DNA from: Candidatus Moraniibacteriota bacterium
GTDB taxonomy: Bacteria > Patescibacteriota > Minisyncoccia > Moranbacterales > JAPLXC01
NCBI GenBank assembly: GCA_026396275.1
Contig: JAPLXC010000002.1
Coordinates: forward strand, 74,922-138,921
DNA: 64,000 bases
Direction: 5' to 3'
The first letter of the stretch is position 1. The number at the start of each line of letters is the position of its first letter. Positions 26,337 through 36,741 of this stretch are shown here, in pieces. The notes under the pieces were generated by a model. That model was not told the DNA's origin and searched no databases. It saw nothing but the letters and a program-made list of their open reading frames with translations. The position numbers were made by a program, and so were the translations under genes.

Positions 26337-27863
26337 ATGCCTTCTAAAATACTTTCCGCTGCTACTATTGGCCTTGATAGTGAAATTGTAGAAGTGGAAG
26401 TGGATGTTCTGGGCCAGGGACTCCATAATTTTACCATCGTTGGTCTCCCCGACACGGCTATCAAAGAATCACGCGACCGGGTTAGTTCGGCCCTCAAGAA
26501 CAGCGGCTTCAAGCCGGCTCATCGCTGCGGCCGGATTACCGTGAATCTGGCTCCGGCTGATCTTCCCAAGCTAAGTCCGATTTATGATCTTCCCATTGCC
26601 CTTGGACTCATTTTAGCTACCAATCAGGTCCATTTTGACTTCAAAGGAAAAATGTTTGTGGGAGAGCTGGCTCTAGACGGAACAGTGCGCCCGATTCACG
26701 GAACTCTTCCCATCGCGCTTCTTGCCAAAGAAAAAGGAATAAAAGAACTTTATGTTCCACGAGAAAACGCGCCTGAAGCCAGCGTGGTCAGGGAAGTCAG
26801 AATTATTCCGGCGGATAATTTTTATTCTCTGGTCAGTCATCTTATCGGAGAGCAAATTATTGATTTTTTTCCGGAAGTGAATTTTGAGGAATTATTTCAA
26901 AAAGAAGAATATCCGCTGGATATGTCCCACATCCACGGTCAGGAACATGCTAAACGAGCTCTTGAGATTGCCGCCGCCGGCGCCCACAACGTGATTCTCA
27001 ACGGTCCTCCCGGATCAGGAAAAACGCTCCTGGCCAGGACAATGCCTTCCATTCTTCCCCGCCTCAATTTTTCCGAATCGCTGGAAATCACCAAAATATT
27101 TTCCGTGGCGGGGAAGTTGTCCAAGAACAGTGGTTTGATTACCGAGCGCCCTTACCGCTCTCCTCATCACAGCGCGAGTGCTGTGTCATTGGTGGGCGGA
27201 GGAACTTATCCCAAGCCCGGTGAAATAAGCTTAGCCCACCGGGGAGTGTTATTTTTGGACGAATTCGCCGAGTTCCCCCGAAACGTGATGGAGAATCTCC
27301 GCCAGCCGCTGGAAGACGGAGTGATATCAGTATCTCGCGCCAAGGGATCGCTTGAATTTCCGGCTCGCTTCACTTTGATCGCGGCCATGAACCCCTGCCC
27401 GTGCGGCAACGCGACTGATCCAGAGCGCCTCTGCTCCTGCAGCCCGGCGCAGATCATCAAGTACCAGCGAAAAATTTCCGGTCCGATCTTAGACCGTATT
27501 GACCTTCATGTAGAAGTACCGCGGCTCAAGTTTGAAAAATTGCGTGAGGATGGCCGCGGAGAAACCAGTGTTCAAATCAGGGAACGGGTAGAAAAAGCCA
27601 GAGAAGTTCAAAAAAAGCGTTTTAAAAATCTGGATATTATTACTAATAGCGAAATGAGTTCCAATCAGATAAAAAACTTCTGTCTTCTGGACAATCAGTG
27701 TATTGAACTCCTTCGCAGTGCTGTCACCACGCTGCACTTGAGCGCCCGGGCATATCATCGTATTATTAAGATCGCTAGAACCATCGCGGATCTCGCCGGA
27801 GTGGAAAAAATCCAGCCGGCCTACATTGCCGAAGCGGTACAGTATCGGTTTAAGACGGAGTAA
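26337..27863 (+). CDS. comM: YifB/ComM Mg-chelatase-like AAA+ ATPase
   Basis: IVGLPDTAIKESRDRV, GPPGSGKT, RSPHHSAS, PGEISLAHRGVLFLDE, NPCPCG, ARTIADL. Confidence 0.92.
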   Translation: MPSKILSAATIGLDSEIVEVEVDVLGQGLHNFTIVGLPDTAIKESRDRVSSALKNSGFKPAHRCGRITVNLAPADLPKLSPIYDLPIALGLILATNQVHFDFKGKMFVGELALDGTVRPIHGTLPIALLAKEKGIKELYVPRENAPEASVVREVRIIPADNFYSLVSHLIGEQIIDFFPEVNFEELFQKEEYPLDMSHIHGQEHAKRALEIAAAGAHNVILNGPPGSGKTLLARTMPSILPRLNFSESLEITKIFSVAGKLSKNSGLITERPYRSPHHSASAVSLVGGGTYPKPGEISLAHRGVLFLDEFAEFPRNVMENLRQPLEDGVISVSRAKGSLEFPARFTLIAAMNPCPCGNATDPERLCSCSPAQIIKYQRKISGPILDRIDLHVEVPRLKFEKLREDGRGETSVQIRERVEKAREVQKKRFKNLDIITNSEMSSNQIKNFCLLDNQCIELLRSAVTTLHLSARAYHRIIKIARTIADLAGVEKIQPAYIAEAVQYRFKTE

Positions 27864-27889
27864 AACTATTAATTTTTAATAAAACAAAA

Positions 27890-28402
27890 ATGAAAAGCAT
27901 AATCCCACAGGAAGTCATTGAAAATAAAATACTTCTCATAAGAGGTAAGAAAGTTATTCTGGACAAGGATTTAGCCGCTTTTTATCAGGTTGAAACTAAA
28001 GTTCTTAACCGGGCTGTTAAAAGAAATATTGACCGTTTCCCGGAAGATTTTATGTTCCGCTTAAATAAAAACGAGTTTGACAATTTGAGGTTCCATTTTG
28101 GCACCTCAAGTTACGGAGGAAGGCGCTATATTCCTTTTGTCTTTACCGAACAAGGCGTGGCTATGCTTTCCAGCGTTTTAAAAAGCAAAAGGGCTATACA
28201 GGCCAACATACAAATTATCCGGACTTTTACCCGGCTCAGGGAAATAATAATCAGTAACCGCGAACTTCGTATTAAAATTGAAGAAATGGAAAGAAAAAAT
28301 GAAAGCAAATTCAAGGTTATTTTTGATATTATTAAAAAACTTATAGCCACCCGGGAAAAAGAGATAAATCCAAATAAACGGATCGGCTTTAAAGCTAAAT
28401 AA
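27890..28402 (+). CDS. ORF6N domain DNA-binding protein
   Basis: IRGKKVILDKDLA, AVKRNIDRFPEDFMF, FTEQGVAMLSSVL, C-terminal RIGF. Confidence 0.9.
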   Translation: MKSIIPQEVIENKILLIRGKKVILDKDLAAFYQVETKVLNRAVKRNIDRFPEDFMFRLNKNEFDNLRFHFGTSSYGGRRYIPFVFTEQGVAMLSSVLKSKRAIQANIQIIRTFTRLREIIISNRELRIKIEEMERKNESKFKVIFDIIKKLIATREKEINPNKRIGFKAK

Positions 28403-28770
28403 TCCTGGGTGGTTTTAGAATATTTAGAAGGTATCCTAGGCGCGTTTCAGCAAAATAAAAGAGGCAGAACGCGGTTGCGAACTGCCTCAAACCTTATTAT
28501 TACTTTCCTAACAAATTGTTAAGAAAGTTGACTATTATCCCTTTCCACCTCTTATTATACCACGGTAGGTTTTTGGAAGTGTTATACGGGATTTTCCTGG
28601 TTTTCAACTGTGGCATTTTTATTCCTCCTTTATTTCATATGCCATTCCTGCGAAAGCAGAAATCCAGTAAACAAATTTTATCTTATTTCTCTTTTTCAAA
28701 ACCACTTTTCACAAAATGATTTTAAAAAGAGAGGCAAGAGAATCAGATTCAATCCTCTTGCCTCAAATTA

Positions 28771-29139
28771 TCATAATTTCACCCCTTTCAATATTTTGGA
28801 ACAATGCTTATCACAATCCTCTTTTTGATATAAGTTAAGTCCGTGCTTGCAGATAATACAAATGCCAAACTTTTTCTTTAGAAAAATAATTATCTCCCTC
28901 GCTTCTTCTTCCTCTTTCCATTCCTTGCCTTTTTTATCTAGCGTCTTTATTAAATTGGGAACATCTCCTTCGTAACATCCTATTCCATCATCAACAAATG
29001 TGACTCTGCAATCGCCTTTTTTCTCGTCGTAAATACCTTCCCGATTCCATTTAATATCCAAGACATCATTTAAATCCCAAAGATCAATACAATTATCATT
29101 TCTGATTTCTTTCACTATTTCTTCCAAATTCTTCTTCAT
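28771..29139 (-). CDS. Hypothetical protein with C-terminal Cys cluster
   Basis: ORF with upstream purine-rich RBS-like sequence; CIIC...CDKHC. Confidence 0.55.
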   Translation of the reverse strand: MKKNLEEIVKEIRNDNCIDLWDLNDVLDIKWNREGIYDEKKGDCRVTFVDDGIGCYEGDVPNLIKTLDKKGKEWKEEEEAREIIIFLKKKFGICIICKHGLNLYQKEDCDKHCSKILKGVKL

Positions 29140-29408
29140 TTTAATCCCCTTATCCCTGCCTTTCTTATATTTCCATCAAAGATGGATTATACAAGTTAAG
29201 GACTTATAGGTATATTTTTCTGAGGTGATTTATCAAAGAACTGCGTTAAGATTTTTGTATTCGTATGTGCCCATTCGTAGTGGGCTATTCGGATACCTCA
29301 TCTTAACAGCCCATTATACTCCTAAATTATGGAAATGTCAATATTAAGCGTCAAGCAAATCAGAATAATTACTAATCTTAAATAAATAATCCTTTAGTAA
29401 AGCCATTA

Positions 29409-29436
29409 TTGACAAATTATGCCAGTTTGATATAAT
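29409..29436 (+). promoter_or_regulatory. Sigma70-type promoter
   Basis: TTGACA-16 nt-TATAAT upstream of the TrmB-family gene. Confidence 0.6.
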
Positions 29437-29498
29437 ATAAATGTTGACGGATAATGCCGACATAATTAAGTAGAAAGTTTATAAAGTATGTAAAGGAA

Positions 29499-30308
29499 AT
29501 GGAGATAAAAAGTGTTTTAAAACAATTCGGGCTGGAAGGTAAAAAGGCGGATGTATATTTGGCGGCTTTGGAGTTGGGAAGCGCGACGGTAATTGAAATT
29601 GCTAAAAAGGCAGAAATTAAAAGAACGACAGGATATGATATTTTGCTGGATCTGGAAAAGCTGGGCTTGATTTCGGAAACTATGAAAGGCAGAAGAAGAT
29701 TTTTTATCGGCGAAGACCCGGAAAATATCCAGAAAAAGTTAAAGGAAAAAGAAAGCTTGTTTTCTGAAATACTCCCCCAGTTAAAGTCGGTATATAATAT
29801 TAAAGGCGTAAAGCCAAAAATAAGATTTTACGAAGGAAAAGAGGGATTAAGAGAAGTTTATGCTGATACTCTAAAATATTCCGGTGAAATGCTGGCTTTC
29901 GCCTCGGAAGACGTAGCAAAGGTTTTAGGAACGGACTGGGTGAATAATTATCTCAAAACTCGAACAAAAAAAGGGATTCGTGTTAGGGCAATTATGCCGG
30001 GCACCGAATTTCTGACCAAGGAAATAATTTCCCGTGACCGGGAACAGCTTCGGACGACAAAAACAATTAATCCTAAAAAATATCCGTTTTCCATTGAAAT
30101 AAATATATATGGCTATCAAAAAGTGGCTTTAATGTCTTCAAAGGAAGAAACCGGCTTGATTATTGAAGGCGCGGAGATTTATAATACTATGAAGCTTATT
30201 TTTGAACTTTTGTGGGATAATTTGCCGGAAATAAAGTTGAAGCCGAAAGAGGAACTTGATAAAAAGACCAACATAGCTGAAGATGATGAAGATGACTTGG
30301 ATTATTGA
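29499..30308 (+). CDS. TrmB-family transcriptional regulator
   Basis: wHTH (VYLAALELG...IAKKAEIKRTTGYDIL); PKIRFYEGKEG; C-terminal effector domain. Confidence 0.88.
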   Translation: MEIKSVLKQFGLEGKKADVYLAALELGSATVIEIAKKAEIKRTTGYDILLDLEKLGLISETMKGRRRFFIGEDPENIQKKLKEKESLFSEILPQLKSVYNIKGVKPKIRFYEGKEGLREVYADTLKYSGEMLAFASEDVAKVLGTDWVNNYLKTRTKKGIRVRAIMPGTEFLTKEIISRDREQLRTTKTINPKKYPFSIEINIYGYQKVALMSSKEETGLIIEGAEIYNTMKLIFELLWDNLPEIKLKPKEELDKKTNIAEDDEDDLDY

Positions 30309-30362
30309 ATGAAGCGCTGAAAAATCGCGGATTAAAAAGATTAAAGAACTGCTTAAAATCTA

Positions 30363-31328
30363 ATGTTAAATATTGAAAACAGAAAATTAGCACGGCAAAT
30401 TGAAGCCGCATTTTTGGCGGTTTCATTGTCTTGGATTATCGCTAGTTGCACCTTTGCCAAAGGAAAAAATCCGGATTTTTCAGATGTTGATAAAAAGATA
30501 GTGTTTAATGACGACGGATTGGTTTTTGAAAATATTTCTTCCCAAGCCGGCACGGTCGGTGAATTTTTAGAGGAACAAAAAATAAGCATCAAGGAAGGGG
30601 ATAATATCATTCCTTCTCTGGACAATAAAATATTTTCCGGACTGAAAATAATTATTCAGCGGGGAAAAGAAGTTGTAATAAGCGTGGATAAAAAGAAAAT
30701 AGAAAGTCATACCTTACTGGCAAATGTTGAAGGAGTGCTTTGGGAAAATGGAGTAAGTATAAGCGAAGATGATGTTACTTCTCCGACTAGATTATCGCCA
30801 ATTTCTGACGGGAGCGAAATAAAAATTACCCGGGTTGTTATTAAAGAAGAAGTTAAAAAGGAGAACATTAACTTTAAAACAATAACACAGGAAGATGAAA
30901 AACTTAGCTGGCGGACCAGAAAAGTGACCCAAAAAGGGGAGAAAGGAATAAAAGAACTGCGCTACCGAGTTGTGTTTCATAATGGGCAGGAAATTTCCCG
31001 GAAACTTTTGGAAACACAAATCACAAAAGAGCCAGTTTCGGAAATGGTGGTGCAAGGAACATACGTGAAGGTGGGCAAATCCCATACTGGCACAGCCACC
31101 TGGTATTCTTTTCGCGGCGGGCTTTTCGCCGCCAGCCCCTGGCTGCCGATAGGAAGTTATGCCCGGGTGACTAACAAAGAAAATGGGAAACAAATAATTG
31201 TAAAAATCAACGACCGCGGTCCGTTTGGAGATGGGCGCATTATTGATCTGGACAAAGTAGCATTTGCCAAAATCGCGCCGCTGGGACAGGGCGTAATTTC
31301 CGTAAAAGTGGAAGAGATCATAAATTAA
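30363..31328 (+). CDS. DUF348/G5 domain protein with RlpA-like DPBB domain
   Basis: Ubiquitin-like repeats, G5 (QKGEKG...VVQGT), then ATWY...INDRGPF...IIDL; upstream of ksgA as YabE/RpfB genes often are. Confidence 0.85.
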   Translation: MLNIENRKLARQIEAAFLAVSLSWIIASCTFAKGKNPDFSDVDKKIVFNDDGLVFENISSQAGTVGEFLEEQKISIKEGDNIIPSLDNKIFSGLKIIIQRGKEVVISVDKKKIESHTLLANVEGVLWENGVSISEDDVTSPTRLSPISDGSEIKITRVVIKEEVKKENINFKTITQEDEKLSWRTRKVTQKGEKGIKELRYRVVFHNGQEISRKLLETQITKEPVSEMVVQGTYVKVGKSHTGTATWYSFRGGLFAASPWLPIGSYARVTNKENGKQIIVKINDRGPFGDGRIIDLDKVAFAKIAPLGQGVISVKVEEIIN

Positions 31329-31415
31329 TTTTGAGAAATAAAAAGGCGCGTGGAGATTGCATTACACAATACTGCGGCCGCAGTATTGTGTAACACGAAC
31401 TTCATTTGTTATTAT

Positions 31416-32198
31416 ATGCCCACCAAGTTAGGTCAAAATTTTCTGGTTAATAAAGATGTCGTTAAAAAGATTATTAAAACGGCAGGTCTAACGCCTGATG
31501 ATTTTGTTCTGGAAATCGGGCCGGGGAAAGGGATATTGACAGAAGAATTGGCAAAACACGAGGGAAAAGTTATCGCTGTTGAAATTGATAAAAAACTGGT
31601 GAATTTGTTACGTAACAAATTACATAACTGCAAAAATGTTGAAATTGTGAAAGGAGATATTTTAAAGATTAATTTAACTAAACAACTTACAACTAACTAC
31701 TTACAACGTATAAATTACAAAGTAATTGCGAATTTACCTTATTATATTACGTCGCCGATCATTAGGCTTTTTCTGGAAGCTGATAATCCACCGAGCGAAA
31801 TGATATTGATGGTTCAAAAAGAAGTAGCCGAGCGGATTGTCGCCCAGCCGGGCAAGATGAGCATTCTATCAGTGGCGGTTCAATATTACGCAAAGCCGGA
31901 ATTATTATTCACAGTCGGGAGGGAAAATTTTGATCCGGTGCCGGAGGTGGATAGCGCAGTAATAAAAATATCAAATATCAAAAATCAAATATCAAAATTA
32001 GAGAGTAAAGAATTTTTTAGAATAGTGCGGGCGGGATTTTGCGCCAAGAGGAAAACGCTTGCCAATAATTTGACCAACAGTTTTCATCTGGGGAAATATG
32101 AAGTGGAAGAAAAAATAAAAAAAACCGGATTTTTGCCAAATGTCCGAGCACAGGAGCTTTCAGTTGAAAATTGGAAGAAATTGGCGGGATTGTTCTAA
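31416..32198 (+). CDS. rsmA: 16S rRNA dimethyltransferase
   Basis: LGQNFL, LEIGPGKG, ANLPYYIT, MVQKEVAER, PVPEVDSA. Confidence 0.95.
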   Translation: MPTKLGQNFLVNKDVVKKIIKTAGLTPDDFVLEIGPGKGILTEELAKHEGKVIAVEIDKKLVNLLRNKLHNCKNVEIVKGDILKINLTKQLTTNYLQRINYKVIANLPYYITSPIIRLFLEADNPPSEMILMVQKEVAERIVAQPGKMSILSVAVQYYAKPELLFTVGRENFDPVPEVDSAVIKISNIKNQISKLESKEFFRIVRAGFCAKRKTLANNLTNSFHLGKYEVEEKIKKTGFLPNVRAQELSVENWKKLAGLF

Positions 32199-32205
32199 GG
32201 AAGCT

Positions 32206-33825
32206 CTACAGGAAAACTACTTTCATCATTATCATTCCGTACAAAACCACTACTCCCAAAATCCACCACGGCAGGCGCCGCGGATTTATACTTTTATTAA
32301 TAATTATCCAGAAGGCGAGACCGCCGAAAAACAGCGCCCACCAGAACAGCCGCGGTTCGTTAAATAATATCACACTCAAAACGAACGAAAGAAAAATTCC
32401 CGCGCCCACGATAATTTTTCCCCACTGTTCGCCAAAAAGGACGGGAACGGTGTACACCCCGTTTTTTTTATCTCCTTCAACGTCCTTGAAATCCTTGATG
32501 GGAAGCGCCAAAGTATAACCAATTACTAGAAGCGCCACAATGGAAAAGGGAAGGCCTTTTATATTCTGCTCAGGCGAAACCAGTATAAAACCGGAAAACA
32601 AAATCAGAAGTGATGCAATGGCGCTCACAAAGGTCGAAACAAAGGCAAATCGTTTGAGCCGCAGGGGCCAGCAAGAGTACAACCAGGCGATGGCTTGATA
32701 AACCAGAAGTAGCAAGGCGATTTTAAAATTAACAATGGCGGAAAACAAAATTGAAACCAAAAACAAAATCCAGCCGATGGTCTTGTATTCTTCCAGCGTA
32801 AATGTTCCTGTGGCCAGCGGTCTCGTCTGGTTGGTTATTTTATCAATATCTTTATCCTGAATGTCATTGATCACCACTGATGCTAGCCAGGCGCAGAAAA
32901 TGGATGACAAAAGAACCAAAAAACTGGAAACATTAAAAAAATTAAATGTGATCCAGCTATCAGTAAAAATAACTGCCAGTCCCATTCCCACCATAAGCAA
33001 GCCGCCGTGATAGATGAGCTGAGGGAATCTGGCATTTTTCAAAAAAGCTAAAAATCTGTTTTTCCAGTCAAAGAACACCCCCAGCAAGACAATTCCAATT
33101 AAAACCAAGGAATAAACCAAGCTCATCTTTATATTAAGGGTACTGACAATATCAGGGATTTCCCGCGAAAAAATTCTTGCCGGCGTCAAAAACATCTGGG
33201 CGACGTCTACATCCGTAACCGCTAAAAATCCTTTGGAAAAGCCCTTGACAGCAATAGTTATCCAGGAAGGAAAAGTCCCTAAAACAAAAAAGACAAGATA
33301 GGAAAGAAGGAAAAGGAACAAGGATTTTAGAATATTTTTTGATTTCAGAAAACTGTATAAGCCGATAAAGAGTATGGCAATAGCTACTTCTATTCTCACT
33401 CCGTAAGTCACTCCGATTTCCGGCGTGCTGCCGAAAAATGTAAAGAATCTAGTTATCAGTCCTTTGAGCCCGTCGAATTCATAAAAACTCCAGAATCCTT
33501 TTCCGTGGGAAATAATATAGTCCGCGATGGGAGGAGTAAGAATAATTAAATATCCCCAAAGGAGGACATTGGAAATTTTTCGAAAATCAGCGGATAAAAT
33601 TCTTTTTAAAATCCACAAGAAAAGCAGATAGGCGATCAGGAAGAAGAGGAAGGTGTGAGTGAACTCGTAAAAAATAAAAAGTCCGGATCGGGAGCGAAAA
33701 CCTTCCAGCCAGTTTTCAATGAGAATTCGAATTATTATAATGGCTGAAAAAGAAGCCAGCCAGAACCAGAAAGTAACGGGGCTGTTTTCAATCCGGTCAA
33801 TAATTTTAGGCAAGAACTTAGCCAT
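32206..33825 (-). CDS. UbiA prenyltransferase family protein with N-terminal membrane extension
   Basis: NDIQDKDID...RPL, YSCWPLRLKR, KDFKDVEGDKKNG. Confidence 0.8.
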   Translation of the reverse strand: MAKFLPKIIDRIENSPVTFWFWLASFSAIIIIRILIENWLEGFRSRSGLFIFYEFTHTFLFFLIAYLLFLWILKRILSADFRKISNVLLWGYLIILTPPIADYIISHGKGFWSFYEFDGLKGLITRFFTFFGSTPEIGVTYGVRIEVAIAILFIGLYSFLKSKNILKSLFLFLLSYLVFFVLGTFPSWITIAVKGFSKGFLAVTDVDVAQMFLTPARIFSREIPDIVSTLNIKMSLVYSLVLIGIVLLGVFFDWKNRFLAFLKNARFPQLIYHGGLLMVGMGLAVIFTDSWITFNFFNVSSFLVLLSSIFCAWLASVVINDIQDKDIDKITNQTRPLATGTFTLEEYKTIGWILFLVSILFSAIVNFKIALLLLVYQAIAWLYSCWPLRLKRFAFVSTFVSAIASLLILFSGFILVSPEQNIKGLPFSIVALLVIGYTLALPIKDFKDVEGDKKNGVYTVPVLFGEQWGKIIVGAGIFLSFVLSVILFNEPRLFWWALFFGGLAFWIIINKSINPRRLPWWILGVVVLYGMIMMKVVFL

Positions 33826-33929
33826 AATTTTAAATCTGGCATTAAAAGTATTCTGTATCAAGTATAATGTATTATGTATAATGAATAAAGAGTGATGAAT
33901 TTAAAAAATTGTGTTAATGTAACATAGTT

Positions 33930-36164
33930 ATGAAGGGTATTTTGGCTAATCTCAACCCCCAGCAGAAAGAGGCAGTCGCGACAACCGACGGACCGATTTT
34001 GATTATCGCCGGAGCGGGATCGGGGAAAACCAGGACTCTCACCCATCGGGTGGCATATTTGATAAGAGAAAAAAAGATCAATCCCCAAAACATTTTGGCG
34101 GTAACTTTTACCAACAAGGCGGCCGATGAGATGAGGGGAAGAATCATTAAATTACTAAAAACTGACAACCAACCTGCCTCGCCGGCAAGCGGGCAACTAA
34201 CAACTGCTTTGCCCCACGTCGGAACCTTCCACGCCATTTGCGCTAAGATTTTACGCCGGGAAATTGGAAAACTTGGCTACAAGAGTTCTTTTAATATCAT
34301 TGACGATCAGGATCAACTGGCTCTGGCGAAAAAAATTTGCAAAACACTGGAAGTTAATACTGATCAGTTTAATCCTCTTACTTTACTGGATGCAATCAGC
34401 CGCGCGAAAAATGAACTGGTTGATGTTGACCGGTACGAAGAAAATATTGGCGGATACTACGAAGAAATAGTAGTGAAAGTTTACAAAGAATATCAGAAAA
34501 CGCTTTTGGAAAACAATTCAGTTGATTTTGATGACCTTATTGCACTTACCGTGAAAATTTTTCAAAAGTTCCTCGATGTTTTGAGGAAATATCAAAAACT
34601 TTTTCGCTATGTTCTGGTAGACGAATATCAAGACACTAACCATGCTCAATACGTTCTGGTGAATATGCTCGCGAAAGAGCACCGCAATCTTTGCGTCGTG
34701 GGGGACGACTGGCAGTCAATTTATGGCTGGCGCCAGGCGGATATCAGAAATATCTTGAGTTTTGAAAAGGACTACCCGGAAGCCAAAGTGATTGCTCTGG
34801 AGCAGAACTACCGGTCCACTCAAGTGATCCTTGACGCCGCTTATGGGGTAATCTCAAAAAATATAAATCGCACTGACAAAAAACTCTGGACTGAAAAATC
34901 CGGCGGGCATTTAATTTCGGTGTATGAAGCGGAAGACGAAAAGGAGGAGGCGGAGTTTGTGACAGAGGAAATAATTAGATTAGTCGGAGAAAAAAGTTCG
35001 GGATCCTTCGACAGGGCTCGGGACGACAAAAATGGAAAATTTTCATTTTCCAATTTTGCCGTATTTTACCGAACTCACGCCCAATCCCGGATGCTAGAAG
35101 AGATGTTTTTGCGCCAATCCATTCCCTACCGGATCGTCGGCGGAATTAAATTCTATCAGCGCAAAGAAGTGAAAGACATTATTGCTTATCTGCGGCTCAT
35201 TCAAAATCCCAACGACTATATTTCGCTAGAGCGGATTATTGATGAACCAAAAAGGGGCATTGGAGAAAAGACACTGGAGTACTGGTCAGCGATTGCTAAA
35301 AAAAATCGTCTAGATTTAATTATAATGGGTCTCCAAATTTCTAATTCCAAATTTCTAATTTCTAATCAAATCCCAAATTCCAAATCCCAAATTAATTCCA
35401 AAATGGATGCAGTAGTTAAGTTCTGTGATTTTATCAAGCGAATGAGGAAATTAAGCAGAAAAGTAAAACTGACTGACCTGATAGAGAAAGTTATCAAGGA
35501 AAGCGGTTATGAAAAAATGCTTTTGGATGGAACAATGGAGGGAGAAACACGCTGGGAAAATATTCAGGAACTTTTGTCGGTGGCTAAAAAATATGACGAT
35601 CTTAAAGGAGAAGCGGCGCTGGAGGGGTTTCTTGAGGAAGTGGCGCTGGTGACCAGCACTGAAGATATTGATCAAAGCAAAAACGCGGTGCATCTGATGA
35701 CGCTTCACAGCGCCAAAGGACTGGAATTCCCTTTTGTTTTTATCGTCGGGCTGGAAGAGGGATTGTTGCCGCATTCACGAAGCACTTTATCAGCAGAGGA
35801 GATGGAAGAAGAAAGGCGGCTGATGTACGTGGGAATCACCCGCGCAAAAGTTAAGGTTTATCTTCTTTTCGCCAGAGAACGAACAATTTTTGGCTCCACT
35901 CAAGCTAATTTTCCCTCACGGTTTTTGGACGACATACCGCCGCATCTTATTGAAGATGCGGAAATAAAAAATTATTTTTCTAGCGGAACTAATGAAGCTA
36001 ATAAACTAAAAGCTAAATTTAAAGATGGTGACCGGGTAAAACATGATGAATTTGGCGAAGGGATTGTGATTTCTGTTCAAGATGATATCGCCACGGTAGC
36101 TTTCAGAAAAGCCGGAGTTAAAAATATTTCTTTAGAGTTTTCAGGACTTAGGAAATCAAAATAA
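33930..36164 (+). CDS. pcrA: PcrA/UvrD DNA helicase
   Basis: AGAGSGKT, TFTNKAA, DEYQDTN, LEQNYRST, TLHSAKGLEF, EERRLMYVGITRA. Confidence 0.95.
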   Translation: MKGILANLNPQQKEAVATTDGPILIIAGAGSGKTRTLTHRVAYLIREKKINPQNILAVTFTNKAADEMRGRIIKLLKTDNQPASPASGQLTTALPHVGTFHAICAKILRREIGKLGYKSSFNIIDDQDQLALAKKICKTLEVNTDQFNPLTLLDAISRAKNELVDVDRYEENIGGYYEEIVVKVYKEYQKTLLENNSVDFDDLIALTVKIFQKFLDVLRKYQKLFRYVLVDEYQDTNHAQYVLVNMLAKEHRNLCVVGDDWQSIYGWRQADIRNILSFEKDYPEAKVIALEQNYRSTQVILDAAYGVISKNINRTDKKLWTEKSGGHLISVYEAEDEKEEAEFVTEEIIRLVGEKSSGSFDRARDDKNGKFSFSNFAVFYRTHAQSRMLEEMFLRQSIPYRIVGGIKFYQRKEVKDIIAYLRLIQNPNDYISLERIIDEPKRGIGEKTLEYWSAIAKKNRLDLIIMGLQISNSKFLISNQIPNSKSQINSKMDAVVKFCDFIKRMRKLSRKVKLTDLIEKVIKESGYEKMLLDGTMEGETRWENIQELLSVAKKYDDLKGEAALEGFLEEVALVTSTEDIDQSKNAVHLMTLHSAKGLEFPFVFIVGLEEGLLPHSRSTLSAEEMEEERRLMYVGITRAKVKVYLLFARERTIFGSTQANFPSRFLDDIPPHLIEDAEIKNYFSSGTNEANKLKAKFKDGDRVKHDEFGEGIVISVQDDIATVAFRKAGVKNISLEFSGLRKSK

Positions 36165-36328
36165 AACAACTCTCTCGTTTTTGGCTCATTTCTAAAATAA
36201 AGGCGCGAAGACATTGTTGTAGAAAAAGGTCAAATTTATTATAATAAAAACGTAAGTATAAATTCTCAAGTTTGCTTGATATTTAAAAAATGAGAGCTAT
36301 TTAGCTAGGAATACTTAGGATCAAATAC

Positions 36329-36357
36329 TGGACAAGACAAAAAAAGTATGATATACT
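36329..36357 (+). promoter_or_regulatory. Sigma70-type promoter for the MerR-HTH/giant gene region
   Basis: TGGACA-17 nt-TATACT with TG extension. Confidence 0.5.
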
Positions 36358-36487
36358 ATAAATAACTGAAAGGGGGCGCGAAAGCGGCTTTTCAGGAAAA
36401 AAACGGGTGAAAGCCGTTTTTTTTATTTGTTTTTTCTTGAATATATTCAGTCTATTCAGATAGCTATTAAATTGAAACCAAATTTTT

Positions 36488-36694
36488 ATGGGTTATGTAA
36501 GAGTAAAAGATATTGAGAAAATAATAGATCGCGACCGCAACACTATTCTACGCTGGGAGCGGGAAGGAAAAATTCCGCCGCCTCAAAAAGACAGCCGGGG
36601 CTGGCGTTTTTACACGGAAACGGATATTGAAACTATCCGCCGCTATGTTGCCAAATCCAATCCTTATTATGGAAATTTCAACCAAAACTGTTAA
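36488..36694 (+). CDS. MerR-type HTH protein
   Basis: TILRWEREGKIP...RGWRFYT. Confidence 0.85.
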   Translation: MGYVRVKDIEKIIDRDRNTILRWEREGKIPPPQKDSRGWRFYTETDIETIRRYVAKSNPYYGNFNQNC

Positions 36695-36741
36695 AGCCAG
36701 CTAATTTTTTGCCGTGTTTGGAGAAATAAAAATGAAAATCA

